Both the position numbers and the translations under genes were made by a program. DNA of 64,000 nt from an uncultured Alphaproteobacteria bacterium. GTDB taxonomy: Bacteria > Pseudomonadota > Alphaproteobacteria > RF32 > CAG-239. Shown piece by piece: positions 28,060-36,871 of this stretch. Every line of letters begins with the position of its first letter. Within the stretch, counting starts at the first letter, position 1. The DNA lies in assembly GCA_944393685.1 (NCBI GenBank), contig CALYAW010000002.1, positions 79,586-143,585 on the forward strand. Reading direction: 5' to 3'. The notes below the pieces were generated by a model that was not told where the DNA came from, did not search any database, and saw only the letters and a list, made by a program, of their open reading frames with translations.

Positions 28060-29456
28060 AGTTTATTCAACTCCGCATATAAAACTTTTCCGGCTTCATT
28101 TTTGGGAATTTGTTTTAGATATTGAACATGAAATGCTGTAAAATTCAAATGTGTTTTATTGGCTACGAAACTTTGAATCTCTTTTATTCTTTTATCATCT
28201 GTAATAAAAATTGTCATAGCATCATCTTTTCCGGCACATACACAATCCAAATCTTGATATTGCGTTTTTATCAATCTCTCTGTTTCATCCAAATTAACTC
28301 TATTTCCAAAAATTTTCAAAAATCTTTTTTTTCGCCCGACAATACTATATACCCCATCTTTGTCAAACTTTGCCATATCTCCTGTCTGCAGCAATCCATG
28401 GCGCTCGTCTTCTTTGATTAGATCTTCTCCCTTTTCCGCATATCCAAGGGCCACATTATCTCCCTCATAAACAAGTTCTCCCACTGTTTCCGGTGTCGTA
28501 ATCGTTTGACCCTGCTCGTCTATCAAATGAAATTTTCCTCCCGGAATTGCAATTCCCATACAACCAAATTTTTCTAAGGAAATATTTGATGGAAGGTATC
28601 CCATCCGTGCCGTTGCTTCTGCTTGACCATACATAACGACAAACTCTTTTCCTTCTTTTTGGGCGTATTCGGCAAATTTTTGGTGCAAAATCGGCAATAT
28701 TTTTCCGCCGGCTTGCGTCATTGATTTTAAATATGGAAGTTTGCGCCTAAAAAACATTAGCTTATCAAGCATTTCATAGGTATAAGGAACGCCGGCAAAT
28801 GATGTAGCCTTCTGTTCACTAAACAATGTCCAAAATTCACGCTGCATTAATGTCTTATCTGTTAAAATTAATGTAGCGCCTACAGCCAGATGCGTGTTTA
28901 TTACCGATAAACCATATGTATAATTCATCGGTAACGTGGTAATTGGTCGTTCAGTTCCGTTTAAATGCAAATATTCAACTATAGAATGCGTGTTGGCTTC
29001 TAAGTTTTTGTAACTCTGACGAACAAATTTCGGAGAACCGGTGGAGCCAGATGTCGTTATTAGCAACGCTAATTCGTTGTACATTGGATAAGATGCTGTA
29101 TCCAATCTTTTAATCAGAGCATAATTACAATCTCGATAAACTTCTTCTCCTTCAAATTCACAAACTCGATTTTCTGGAAGCCATAAAAAATCTGGTTTAT
29201 AAAGATGTAAAAACGAAACCAATAAATCCTTATCTAGCTGCTCGTCCAGCATTAAAGGGACAATACCATGGTTGATAAATGCTGTATATCCTAATAAAGA
29301 GCCTATAGAATTTCGACATAAACAAAAGACTAAACATCTTTTGCCTACGGCAGCAGCCAATTTATCACCTTGTTGAGCGAGAAAAGCGTATGAGTAAGAT
29401 TTTCCCTCATCCGAAACAGCCGCTATCTTTGCTCCATATTGGCTAAAATTCCACAT
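28053..29456 (-). CDS. Stand-alone AMP-dependent adenylation enzyme (acyl-CoA/acyl-ACP ligase, DltA/RfbL-like)
   Basis: AMP-binding core motif 'LITTSGSTGSPKFV', and later 'YGQAEAT', 'GELVYEGDNVALGY', 'LQTGDMAKFDKDGVYSIVGRKK'; 467 aa. Confidence 0.85.
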   Translation of the reverse strand: MWNFSQYGAKIAAVSDEGKSYSYAFLAQQGDKLAAAVGKRCLVFCLCRNSIGSLLGYTAFINHGIVPLMLDEQLDKDLLVSFLHLYKPDFLWLPENRVCEFEGEEVYRDCNYALIKRLDTASYPMYNELALLITTSGSTGSPKFVRQSYKNLEANTHSIVEYLHLNGTERPITTLPMNYTYGLSVINTHLAVGATLILTDKTLMQREFWTLFSEQKATSFAGVPYTYEMLDKLMFFRRKLPYLKSMTQAGGKILPILHQKFAEYAQKEGKEFVVMYGQAEATARMGYLPSNISLEKFGCMGIAIPGGKFHLIDEQGQTITTPETVGELVYEGDNVALGYAEKGEDLIKEDERHGLLQTGDMAKFDKDGVYSIVGRKKRFLKIFGNRVNLDETERLIKTQYQDLDCVCAGKDDAMTIFITDDKRIKEIQSFVANKTHLNFTAFHVQYLKQIPKNEAGKVLYAELNKLC

Positions 29457-30144
29457 TTCTTATCTCCTTAATCTCAAAAACTCTTCCGTGTCCAGGAAAA
29501 ACCTTCATAAACTCAGGCATGCTATTAAGAAAAGGCTTTGTTTTTGAAAGATATTTTTGTGAATTTCCACCCGGAAAACGTGTGATTACAGGCGTATTAT
29601 AAATTAAAGAATCTCCTGTAAAAATTGCCACATTATTTAAAATAAAGCAACAACTTCCTGGTGAATGTCCCTCACAGTGTTTGCAAAAAATCTCTTGCTC
29701 TTGCCAGATAAGAGACAACTCTTCTCCAAAGGTTTTATCCGCTGTTATACAAAAAGGAAAAATATCGTCAGTCTGTTCCAAAAACTCTTGTGTTAGATGT
29801 GTTCCTTCCTTTTCATCTTTGTATTCTAACGCTATTCTTATCAGGCTGGGATAATTGTTTCGACTATCAACAATAAATTCGGCACAGTTTTTTTGGCAGA
29901 TTAACTCTGTCGCATATCTCTTTTGTAAACGAGGATAACCTATAACATGATCAATATGTTCATGTGTTAAAAGTATCGTTATCTTTTGGGGAGAATATTG
30001 GGTCAAAAATTTATCCAACTCTTTACTCTCATTAGGATCAATAACCAGAGCTTCTTTGTTGGCACATAAAACATATGAGTTTGCATCAATGAATTTTGAT
30101 GCAAACTTATATATGTTTAATCCGTTTAAAACAATTTTTTCCAT
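29443..30144 (-). CDS. MBL-fold metallo-hydrolase
   Basis: 'LLTHEHIDH' HxHxDH motif. The ORF track start (30228) would overlap the ACP gene by 71 nt, so I prefer the internal Met 'MEKIVLNGL'. Confidence 0.7.
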   Translation of the reverse strand: MEKIVLNGLNIYKFASKFIDANSYVLCANKEALVIDPNESKELDKFLTQYSPQKITILLTHEHIDHVIGYPRLQKRYATELICQKNCAEFIVDSRNNYPSLIRIALEYKDEKEGTHLTQEFLEQTDDIFPFCITADKTFGEELSLIWQEQEIFCKHCEGHSPGSCCFILNNVAIFTGDSLIYNTPVITRFPGGNSQKYLSKTKPFLNSMPEFMKVFPGHGRVFEIKEIRNVEF

Positions 30145-30157
30145 ATTCTCTCGAGAT

Positions 30158-30394
30158 TTAAAAAGTGATGTCGTATTTGGCCAAAATTTCCTGACCTTTT
30201 TCAAAACTGGATAAATCAACAATATCATCTGGCTCTAACATAATATCAAAAGCCTCTTCCAATTGAGCAACCAACCCCATATGTCCAACAGAATCCCAGG
30301 CCGGAATATCTTGAAATTTTAGTTTTTTTGCAGCTTCTTCATCAATATCAAATGCCTGACAAAACGCTTGCGTATACTTTTCAATATTACTCAT
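30158..30394 (-). CDS. Acyl carrier protein (ACP #1)
   Basis: 78 aa; a phosphopantetheine attachment serine in 'DIPAWDSVGHMGLVAQLEEAF'. Confidence 0.8.
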   Translation of the reverse strand: MSNIEKYTQAFCQAFDIDEEAAKKLKFQDIPAWDSVGHMGLVAQLEEAFDIMLEPDDIVDLSSFEKGQEILAKYDITF

Positions 30395-31369
30395 TTAACA
30401 TATCTCCTTATAAGTATTTTCAATTTTTAATGCAATTTTCTCTGGCGTAAGGCCCGCCTGTTCCAATAGATATGAATAGCTTGCCGCATGTGGATATTCC
30501 CCTTGTGTCCCAATTATTAAATGAGGCGGGCGCTTCTTTAGCAGAGAAAGATTTTCTGCAACCGCACCTCCCAATCCGCCATATATTGAGTGTTCTTCAA
30601 CTGTAACAATTAATTTATGACTGAGACTTTCCTTAACGGCTTGTTTGTCCAACGGCTTGATGGTGTGCATATCCATAATTGTAGAGCTTATACCCTTTGA
30701 GGATAATATTTCTGCTGCTTTTAGAGAATTATAGACCATACTTCCTGTCGCTATAATTGCAACATCTTTTCCTTCGCGTAAAGTAATAGCCTTACCTATC
30801 TGAAAATCAAAGTCTTCCTTATATACAATAGGTAAATTATTCGGGCCTCCTATACGAATATATGTTGGACTAAAAACTTCTGATGTCGCTTGTAGTACCT
30901 TTACCATTTGTGTTGCATCACTTGGCGATAAAACCGTAACCTTGGGAAAAGACCGATATAAGGCTATGTCATGTAAAGCATAATGCGTCGGTCCACAATC
31001 TCCTTGTGTTAGCCCCGAAAAAATTCCTATCAGTTTTATATTAAGTCCCATATAGGCCATAGCAACATGTGTTTGATCTGCGCAACGGAGAGAGGTAAAC
31101 GCCGCTTGAAATGCTAAGAAAGGAATATAACCTTCATTAGATAACCCTGCTGCAACTCCAATGGCATTTTGTTCTGAAATTCCCATGTTGATAAAATTAT
31201 CTGGATATTGATTTTGTATTCTATGAAAACCGATCAATGCTCCTTGATCTGCAGTCATGGCTATAATATTCTTTCTTTCGCCAATCATATCATAAAGAAC
31301 TTTGCCTAATGTTCCTCGTTGTCCCAATAAAGCCCATGTCCTTATGTCTGTGGAAGAAAATTTATACAT
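30395..31369 (-). CDS. Transketolase C-terminal section (Pyr plus C-terminal domains), split-transketolase subunit B
   Basis: 324 aa; 'ADQTHVAMAYMGL', 'GPTHYALHDIALYRSFP' and a C-terminal domain. It pairs with the adjacent N-terminal subunit gene. Confidence 0.85.
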   Translation of the reverse strand: MYKFSSTDIRTWALLGQRGTLGKVLYDMIGERKNIIAMTADQGALIGFHRIQNQYPDNFINMGISEQNAIGVAAGLSNEGYIPFLAFQAAFTSLRCADQTHVAMAYMGLNIKLIGIFSGLTQGDCGPTHYALHDIALYRSFPKVTVLSPSDATQMVKVLQATSEVFSPTYIRIGGPNNLPIVYKEDFDFQIGKAITLREGKDVAIIATGSMVYNSLKAAEILSSKGISSTIMDMHTIKPLDKQAVKESLSHKLIVTVEEHSIYGGLGGAVAENLSLLKKRPPHLIIGTQGEYPHAASYSYLLEQAGLTPEKIALKIENTYKEIC

Positions 31370-32180
31370 TTTTTAATTCCTCCATTGCTTGTTCATATTG
31401 TTGCTGTGTTAAAGGATGAACGTGCCATTCTGGATTATTTTCAATGAATGAAACACCTTTTCCTTTGATTGTCCTTGCAATAATGGCTATCGGCTTTTTT
31501 GTTGAACGATGCGAAAAAGCGTTGACTAAATCAGGAATATTATGCCCATCTATAGTTAATACCTCAAATCCAAAAGATTGCCATCGTTCTGATAGCTTAT
31601 CTTTATTCACAATATCTTGCGTTGGGGCGTCTAGCTGGAGCTTGTTCTCATCAATAATAACCGTTATATTATCTAATTGGTGATGTGAAATAAAAGATGC
31701 TGCTTCCCATATAGAACCTTCATCACATTCTCCGTCTCCGATAACAACATAAATATGAGCATTATTATTTTGTTTTCTTAAAGCTAAGGCTGTGCCTGCC
31801 GCCAAAGATAGCCCCTGTCCTAAAGAACCTGATGAAAACTCAATACCAATAGTTGGATCTTTTCTTGGATGTGTCCAAAAATTTTTACTATCTTGTTTAA
31901 AAGAAAATAACTCATTTTCTGAGATGAAACCGGCTTCTTTCAAAACTGCATATAGTGCTATTGCTCCATGCCCTTTACTTAAAATCAGTCTATCTCTTTC
32001 TGGATTACAGACGTTTTTGGGAGATATATTCATAGTATGTAAATATAAGGTTGTTAGAATTTCTGAAAGCGATAATCCCCCTCCTATATGAGCTCCGTAA
32101 CTTCCTGCATGGAGTGTCATCCTCAATATATTTTTACGAACTTGCTGAGCGGTATTTATCAGCATTTTCATGTCATTCAT
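31362..32180 (-). CDS. Transketolase N-terminal section (TPP-binding), split-transketolase subunit A
   Basis: 'GAHIGGGLSLSEILTTLY', a ThDP-binding 'VIGDGECDEGSIWEA' (GDG...E...N-type motif), and 'SKGHGAIALYAVL'. Confidence 0.85.
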   Translation of the reverse strand: MNDMKMLINTAQQVRKNILRMTLHAGSYGAHIGGGLSLSEILTTLYLHTMNISPKNVCNPERDRLILSKGHGAIALYAVLKEAGFISENELFSFKQDSKNFWTHPRKDPTIGIEFSSGSLGQGLSLAAGTALALRKQNNNAHIYVVIGDGECDEGSIWEAASFISHHQLDNITVIIDENKLQLDAPTQDIVNKDKLSERWQSFGFEVLTIDGHNIPDLVNAFSHRSTKKPIAIIARTIKGKGVSFIENNPEWHVHPLTQQQYEQAMEELKNV

Positions 32181-32917
32181 ATTTTCCCTCCATTTGCAAT
32201 AATCTCCATTCCATTGATAAAAGAAGAATTATCACTCGCTAAAAAGGCTGCTATTTCTGCAATCTCGTAAGGACTTCCTTTTCTTTTTAAGGCACATTCT
32301 TCAATCATACGTTTTTCAACAAAATCTTTTACCGATTTGCCCATTGATGTCTCTATCAAGCCTGGTGCGATAGCATTAACACGAATGTTAAAAGCACCTA
32401 ATTCTGCTGCTAGTGTCTTTGTCCATGCTGCCAATGCCGCCTTTGCTGTACCATAAGCTGAATTACCCGCTGATAAATCTATGCCGGAAACAGATGTGAT
32501 ATTTATAATAGAACCTGATTTTTGTAAACACATTTTTCGCAAGACAATTTGAGTAATTTCCATGGCGGAAAAAAGGTTAATATCGTATACTTCTTTTATT
32601 TGAGAAACTGGTGTTCGCAGAAAACTAACTCCATGACCCACACCGGCATTGTTAACTAAAATATCAATATTATTTTTGCCTAAGACAAATTTTTTTAGCT
32701 CATTGCGCATAGATAAAGTATCTCTCAAATCAAAAAAAACCATGTCTATGGTGGTATTGCAGGATGTTTCTGTTTTTTTTACAAATTCAATAAAATCTTC
32801 TGTCTCTTTTCTAGCATGCGCTATAATATGTGCCCCTTTTTGAGCAAAAATTTCTACCATTGCTCTACCTATTCCTCGATTGGAGCCTGTGATAAGAGCT
32901 GTCTTGTTTCTAAGCAT
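32177..32917 (-). CDS. Short-chain dehydrogenase/reductase (FabG-like 3-oxoacyl-ACP reductase) #1
   Basis: 'ALITGSNRGIGRA' Rossmann motif, 'NNAG' and a YxxxK catalytic dyad (YGTAKAAL). Confidence 0.8.
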   Translation of the reverse strand: MLRNKTALITGSNRGIGRAMVEIFAQKGAHIIAHARKETEDFIEFVKKTETSCNTTIDMVFFDLRDTLSMRNELKKFVLGKNNIDILVNNAGVGHGVSFLRTPVSQIKEVYDINLFSAMEITQIVLRKMCLQKSGSIINITSVSGIDLSAGNSAYGTAKAALAAWTKTLAAELGAFNIRVNAIAPGLIETSMGKSVKDFVEKRMIEECALKRKGSPYEIAEIAAFLASDNSSFINGMEIIANGGKI

Positions 32918-34070
32918 TTTGCCCTCTCTTAAAATATTCTATCCAATATTTTATTTTCTCTTCCCTATTTAATTTACCTTCCGGGGTTTTATATTTGCTT
33001 ATTCCGTTTGTTTTTACATCTTTAAAATCGACAACTCCAAATCCCCACGATAATCCTACGCCAAAAGATGCTAAACAAAGATATTGATGTTTCTTCTCGG
33101 AAAGTTCTCTGCATATATCTGTAACTATAGAAGCTGTTCCACAGTTACCATACAAAGAAAAAGTATCCGTTGACCATTTTTCTTTTGGTAATCCGGCATA
33201 CATAGCTACTGTTTTCACAATTTGCTTATTAGCTTGATGAAAAGCAAAATAATCAATATCTGATATTTCTTTACCGGTATAATTTAGAATTTTCTCAATT
33301 CCTTTGGGACCTACATCGGTCGTAAATTTAAAGACATCAATTCCTTTCATTATTTCATCCCATAAATGCCACACATTTCCGGATTGATCTTTTTCTTCAA
33401 TGTCGATTATGTCTTTTTGAATGGGCAATGCCCAACCTCCAGCAGGGGCAATTATCTTGTCCCAATCTTTTCCTCTTGTTCCCGTGTAAAAATAAGCTGT
33501 TTTTTCTTCTGCTGTCCACTCTAGAAGAGTGGCTGTTCCCGCATCACCAAACAACATATTGGAATTGCGGTTGCGTCTATCTGAGTGTGTGCTCGAAATT
33601 TCTCCCGCAAGCAACAAGCATTTTTTCGAAGCGCCGCTTGATATTAACGAATGAGCTAACCATAATCCATGCACATAAGCAGAGCACGCCAATCCTGTAA
33701 TATCAAAACAGGTACAATCTTCACTCAAATTTAAACGCCCTTGTAAAATACATGCTGATGCTGGATATTTATAATCTAGTGATGTTGAAACCATAATTAA
33801 TGTATCGATTGAATCCTTGTCTATATTTAAAAATTCTATCAAATCACGTGCTGCTGCTTCGCATAGATCACAGTTCGTCGTTCGTTCATCAGCAACATAA
33901 CGGGTTCCTAGCCCTAAAATTTTTTTATTACGTTCCAATAGTTTCGGATCGTTGTTAAAAAATTCTATTTCATCATCTATATTAATGAAATGTTCAGGAA
34001 CAACAGCCGTAATCCCACTAATCTTGACGTGACTAAATTTTGATTTAGGCATTGCTATATTGCTCCACAA
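32910..34070 (-). CDS. KAS III (FabH)-like ketoacyl-ACP synthase #1
   Basis: 386 aa; 'GLACSAYVHGL' active-site Cys region and a C-terminal 'HQANKQIVKT' (ACP_syn_III_C His/Asn region). Confidence 0.75.
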   Translation of the reverse strand: MWSNIAMPKSKFSHVKISGITAVVPEHFINIDDEIEFFNNDPKLLERNKKILGLGTRYVADERTTNCDLCEAAARDLIEFLNIDKDSIDTLIMVSTSLDYKYPASACILQGRLNLSEDCTCFDITGLACSAYVHGLWLAHSLISSGASKKCLLLAGEISSTHSDRRNRNSNMLFGDAGTATLLEWTAEEKTAYFYTGTRGKDWDKIIAPAGGWALPIQKDIIDIEEKDQSGNVWHLWDEIMKGIDVFKFTTDVGPKGIEKILNYTGKEISDIDYFAFHQANKQIVKTVAMYAGLPKEKWSTDTFSLYGNCGTASIVTDICRELSEKKHQYLCLASFGVGLSWGFGVVDFKDVKTNGISKYKTPEGKLNREEKIKYWIEYFKRGQNA

Positions 34071-34789
34071 TCAATTATATAATTTTGGGCTGTTATCCAT
34101 TCTGCTTGTTTGGATAGTAAAAATACAACAGTATTAGCAACATATTGGGGTTTCCCTATACCCATAGGATATTTACCTTCTGCAAAAGATCTGGAAATTT
34201 CATCTGCCATGTTGGTAGAAATCAGAGATGGCGAAACACAATTTACGCGAATATATGATGGCGCTAGCTCTCGAGCAATTGCTTGCATCGTTGCTATTAA
34301 AGCTCCTTTTGATCCGGCATATTCTGTCATTCCCGGATCACAATGGACTCCTCCACTTGAAGCAATACAAACTACAGAGCTACCTTTGCCATTATTATTA
34401 CGTTTATCTGTAAATCCTTTTGTCATAAAAACAGGAGAAAAATAATTAATATTAAATAATTTCTGCATCTCTGTAAAATCGATGGATTTTAGCGGCAGTA
34501 TCCTCCCTACTCCCGCACAATTTGCTAGTCCTTGAAATTTTCCATATTTATCCTTTAGTTCTTTTACATAACTTGGTAGCTGCTCTATATTTTCTGCTAA
34601 ATCTTTTATCTCTATATAGATATTCTCAGGATGCTTGGATTTTGTCTTCATTCCCAATAAACGTTCTTCATTTCTGGCTATAGCTATTACGCTTGCTCCT
34701 AATTCATTCAATCGTAGCGCAACCGCTTCTCCTATGCCTGATGAAGCCCCCGTTACAATAAATCTTTGTTCTTTGGTAAATTGTATCAT
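34055..34789 (-). CDS. Short-chain dehydrogenase/reductase #2
   Basis: 'FIVTGASSGIGEA', 'NCAG', 'YAGSKGAL' YxxxK. Confidence 0.8.
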   Translation of the reverse strand: MIQFTKEQRFIVTGASSGIGEAVALRLNELGASVIAIARNEERLLGMKTKSKHPENIYIEIKDLAENIEQLPSYVKELKDKYGKFQGLANCAGVGRILPLKSIDFTEMQKLFNINYFSPVFMTKGFTDKRNNNGKGSSVVCIASSGGVHCDPGMTEYAGSKGALIATMQAIARELAPSYIRVNCVSPSLISTNMADEISRSFAEGKYPMGIGKPQYVANTVVFLLSKQAEWITAQNYIIDCGAI

Positions 34790-35007
34790 TATAGTCCCGC
34801 CTTTTTTGCTATGTCTCCAATCGTTTTCATCTCTTTATAATCTTTCATTGTCGTCTTGATATTAAAGTTCTTTTCCAAAAAGGCCATCGTTGCCATAACA
34901 GATAGAGAATCCCATTCATCTAAATCTTCTAAAACCGTTTCATAGTTCAAGTCTTCTTCTGTTTGTAATACATCTTGCATGTTTGTCAAAAATTCTTCTT
35001 TATTCAT
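34789..35007 (-). CDS. Acyl carrier protein (ACP #2)
   Basis: 72 aa; 'LDEWDSLSVMATMAFLE' with a DSL phosphopantetheine site. Confidence 0.8.
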   Translation of the reverse strand: MNKEEFLTNMQDVLQTEEDLNYETVLEDLDEWDSLSVMATMAFLEKNFNIKTTMKDYKEMKTIGDIAKKAGL

Positions 35008-36134
35008 TCTTCTGCTCCTTTAAAATAGTTAGTCCAATATTCTAGTTGTTGTTTGCGAGTTGGTGTATTTTTAGGGGTAATATACTTTGAAACTCCACCA
35101 TTATACATTCCCGATAAATCAAGTGCGGCACCTCCCCATGACAGCCCTATACCAAATGTACATAAAATCACTTTCTTCATCTCTTTATCTTGATCGCACA
35201 AAACCGTTGCAACTGAATTTGTCGAATTATTGGCATATTTGGAAAATACATCTATGGGGGCCTTTTCTGCAGGAATTTCTGCTTTGGAAATGATATTTTC
35301 AACAATTTGCTTATTGGCTTGATGAATTGCAAACAAATCAATATCATCCTTATCCCAAGCCGCCGCTTTCATTGTCTCTTTTAATAATGTGGGGGCAACA
35401 TCCATTGTAAAATTAAAGACATCTTCTCCCTTTAATATCCCTTGGCTTAACAAGGTCTTGTTGCCAGACACATCTTCAACATATAAATCTATGGTATCTT
35501 TACTTAAAGGCAGACGCGTTCCTCCTAACGGATGAACTATTTTGTTCCACCCCAAACCATCCGTTCCCGTAACAAAATACGCTTTTCTTTCTTCTGACGT
35601 GTATTTCAAAATGGTTGCTGAAGCAGTATCTCCAAATACTGGCGCTACCTTTCGATTCGTCTGATCATTTATTTTAGCGCACAAATCCCCGGCCAATAAT
35701 AAACATGTTTTGAAAGCTCCTGTCGAAACAAAGGCATGAGCTGTCATGAGAGCGTGGATATATCCCGAACAACCTAAATTTATGTCTAATGTTGTACAAC
35801 TCTTTTTTAATCTTAATCTTCCGTGAGCAACACACGCATCACATGGCTCTGGATAATCCGGCTTCTGATTAACAAAAATCAATAAGTCAATATCTCCTCG
35901 GTCAATACTCATTTCTGTCAATAGTTTTTCTGCTGCATCAACAGCCATATCAGTCACTGTTGTCAATTCGTCCGCAATATAACGTCGACCATATCCCATC
36001 ATTTTTTTGGCTCGAGCTAATTTTTTGGGATTGTTGTCAAAATATTGCATTTCATCATCTATATCGATGAAATGTTCCGGAACAACCGTTTTTATACCTG
36101 ATATTTGAACATGTGTGTAAGAAGATACTGTCAT
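35004..36134 (-). CDS. KAS III (FabH)-like ketoacyl-ACP synthase #2
   Basis: 376 aa; 'LGCSGYIHAL' Cys region and 'HQANKQIVEN'; paralogous to 32910..34070. Confidence 0.75.
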   Translation of the reverse strand: MTVSSYTHVQISGIKTVVPEHFIDIDDEMQYFDNNPKKLARAKKMMGYGRRYIADELTTVTDMAVDAAEKLLTEMSIDRGDIDLLIFVNQKPDYPEPCDACVAHGRLRLKKSCTTLDINLGCSGYIHALMTAHAFVSTGAFKTCLLLAGDLCAKINDQTNRKVAPVFGDTASATILKYTSEERKAYFVTGTDGLGWNKIVHPLGGTRLPLSKDTIDLYVEDVSGNKTLLSQGILKGEDVFNFTMDVAPTLLKETMKAAAWDKDDIDLFAIHQANKQIVENIISKAEIPAEKAPIDVFSKYANNSTNSVATVLCDQDKEMKKVILCTFGIGLSWGGAALDLSGMYNGGVSKYITPKNTPTRKQQLEYWTNYFKGAEE

Positions 36135-36871
36135 TTCTTATTCTCTTCATATAGTTTACGTAATACATACATTTCTTTGATGATTATTTTTCCAAAATGC
36201 TGATAAATTCTAAGCATCGGCAAATTATTTGAGGATATGACGGTCTTTAATTTAACGCTTGATCTATCTCCGGAAAGAGATAAACCATAACCAATGTGTT
36301 TGAACTCTGCAAAGACACCTCCCAGTATTCCTTCATCGATTTGCTTTTCTTCATTACGTATATTTATACCAAACGCAACCTCATCTTCCCTTACTTTCAT
36401 TACCCACATCCACGAATTCGGATTATTATATAAATCCAAACACCAATTTTGATAACGTTTACAAGCAATCTCTTTTCCAAAATAAGGATCCAAACTTATT
36501 CTGTCGGTATCAAACATATCTGGAGTAATTTTAGATATTATTCGTTCCCATTCCTTTTTATCCTTGGAAACAACTACTCTTTCGGCTTCTTGCATAAATT
36601 CAGAGATATCTTCTGATGTTTCTTTGGGCTCAAAATAATCTTTAATATGGAATTGTGTCTCCATAAATCTAAAGCCTTCATCTTCCAGTTTATGTAATGC
36701 TTGCAAGTTACCAACGGGCATCTTAATTACAACATAGGCTCCTGAAAAATTTTGTTCATGAATTACTTTTAAAGTCTGTTTAAAATCTTTCAAGTCTCTC
36801 CGTTCGAGGGTAATTTCATATGCATCACGATTTAAATTTCGATTTTCCCAAAATGCCTTTATGATTTTCAT
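36131..36871 (-). CDS. WecD-like (TDP-fucosamine N-acyltransferase-like) GNAT protein
   Basis: 246 aa; N-terminal region 'NLQALHKLEDEGFRFMETQF' resembles the WecD N-domain 'LDALQQLGFSLVEGEV'. From memory of E. coli WecD; weak. Confidence 0.35.
   Translation of the reverse strand: MKIIKAFWENRNLNRDAYEITLERRDLKDFKQTLKVIHEQNFSGAYVVIKMPVGNLQALHKLEDEGFRFMETQFHIKDYFEPKETSEDISEFMQEAERVVVSKDKKEWERIISKITPDMFDTDRISLDPYFGKEIACKRYQNWCLDLYNNPNSWMWVMKVREDEVAFGINIRNEEKQIDEGILGGVFAEFKHIGYGLSLSGDRSSVKLKTVISSNNLPMLRIYQHFGKIIIKEMYVLRKLYEENKK

Noticed and set aside
29443-30228. Annotated MBL-fold ORF start at 30228, which overlaps the ACP gene by 71 nt
   Set aside because: Such a long overlap is unlikely. The internal Met at 30144 gives a 14-nt spacer to the ACP stop and preserves the HxHxDH motif.
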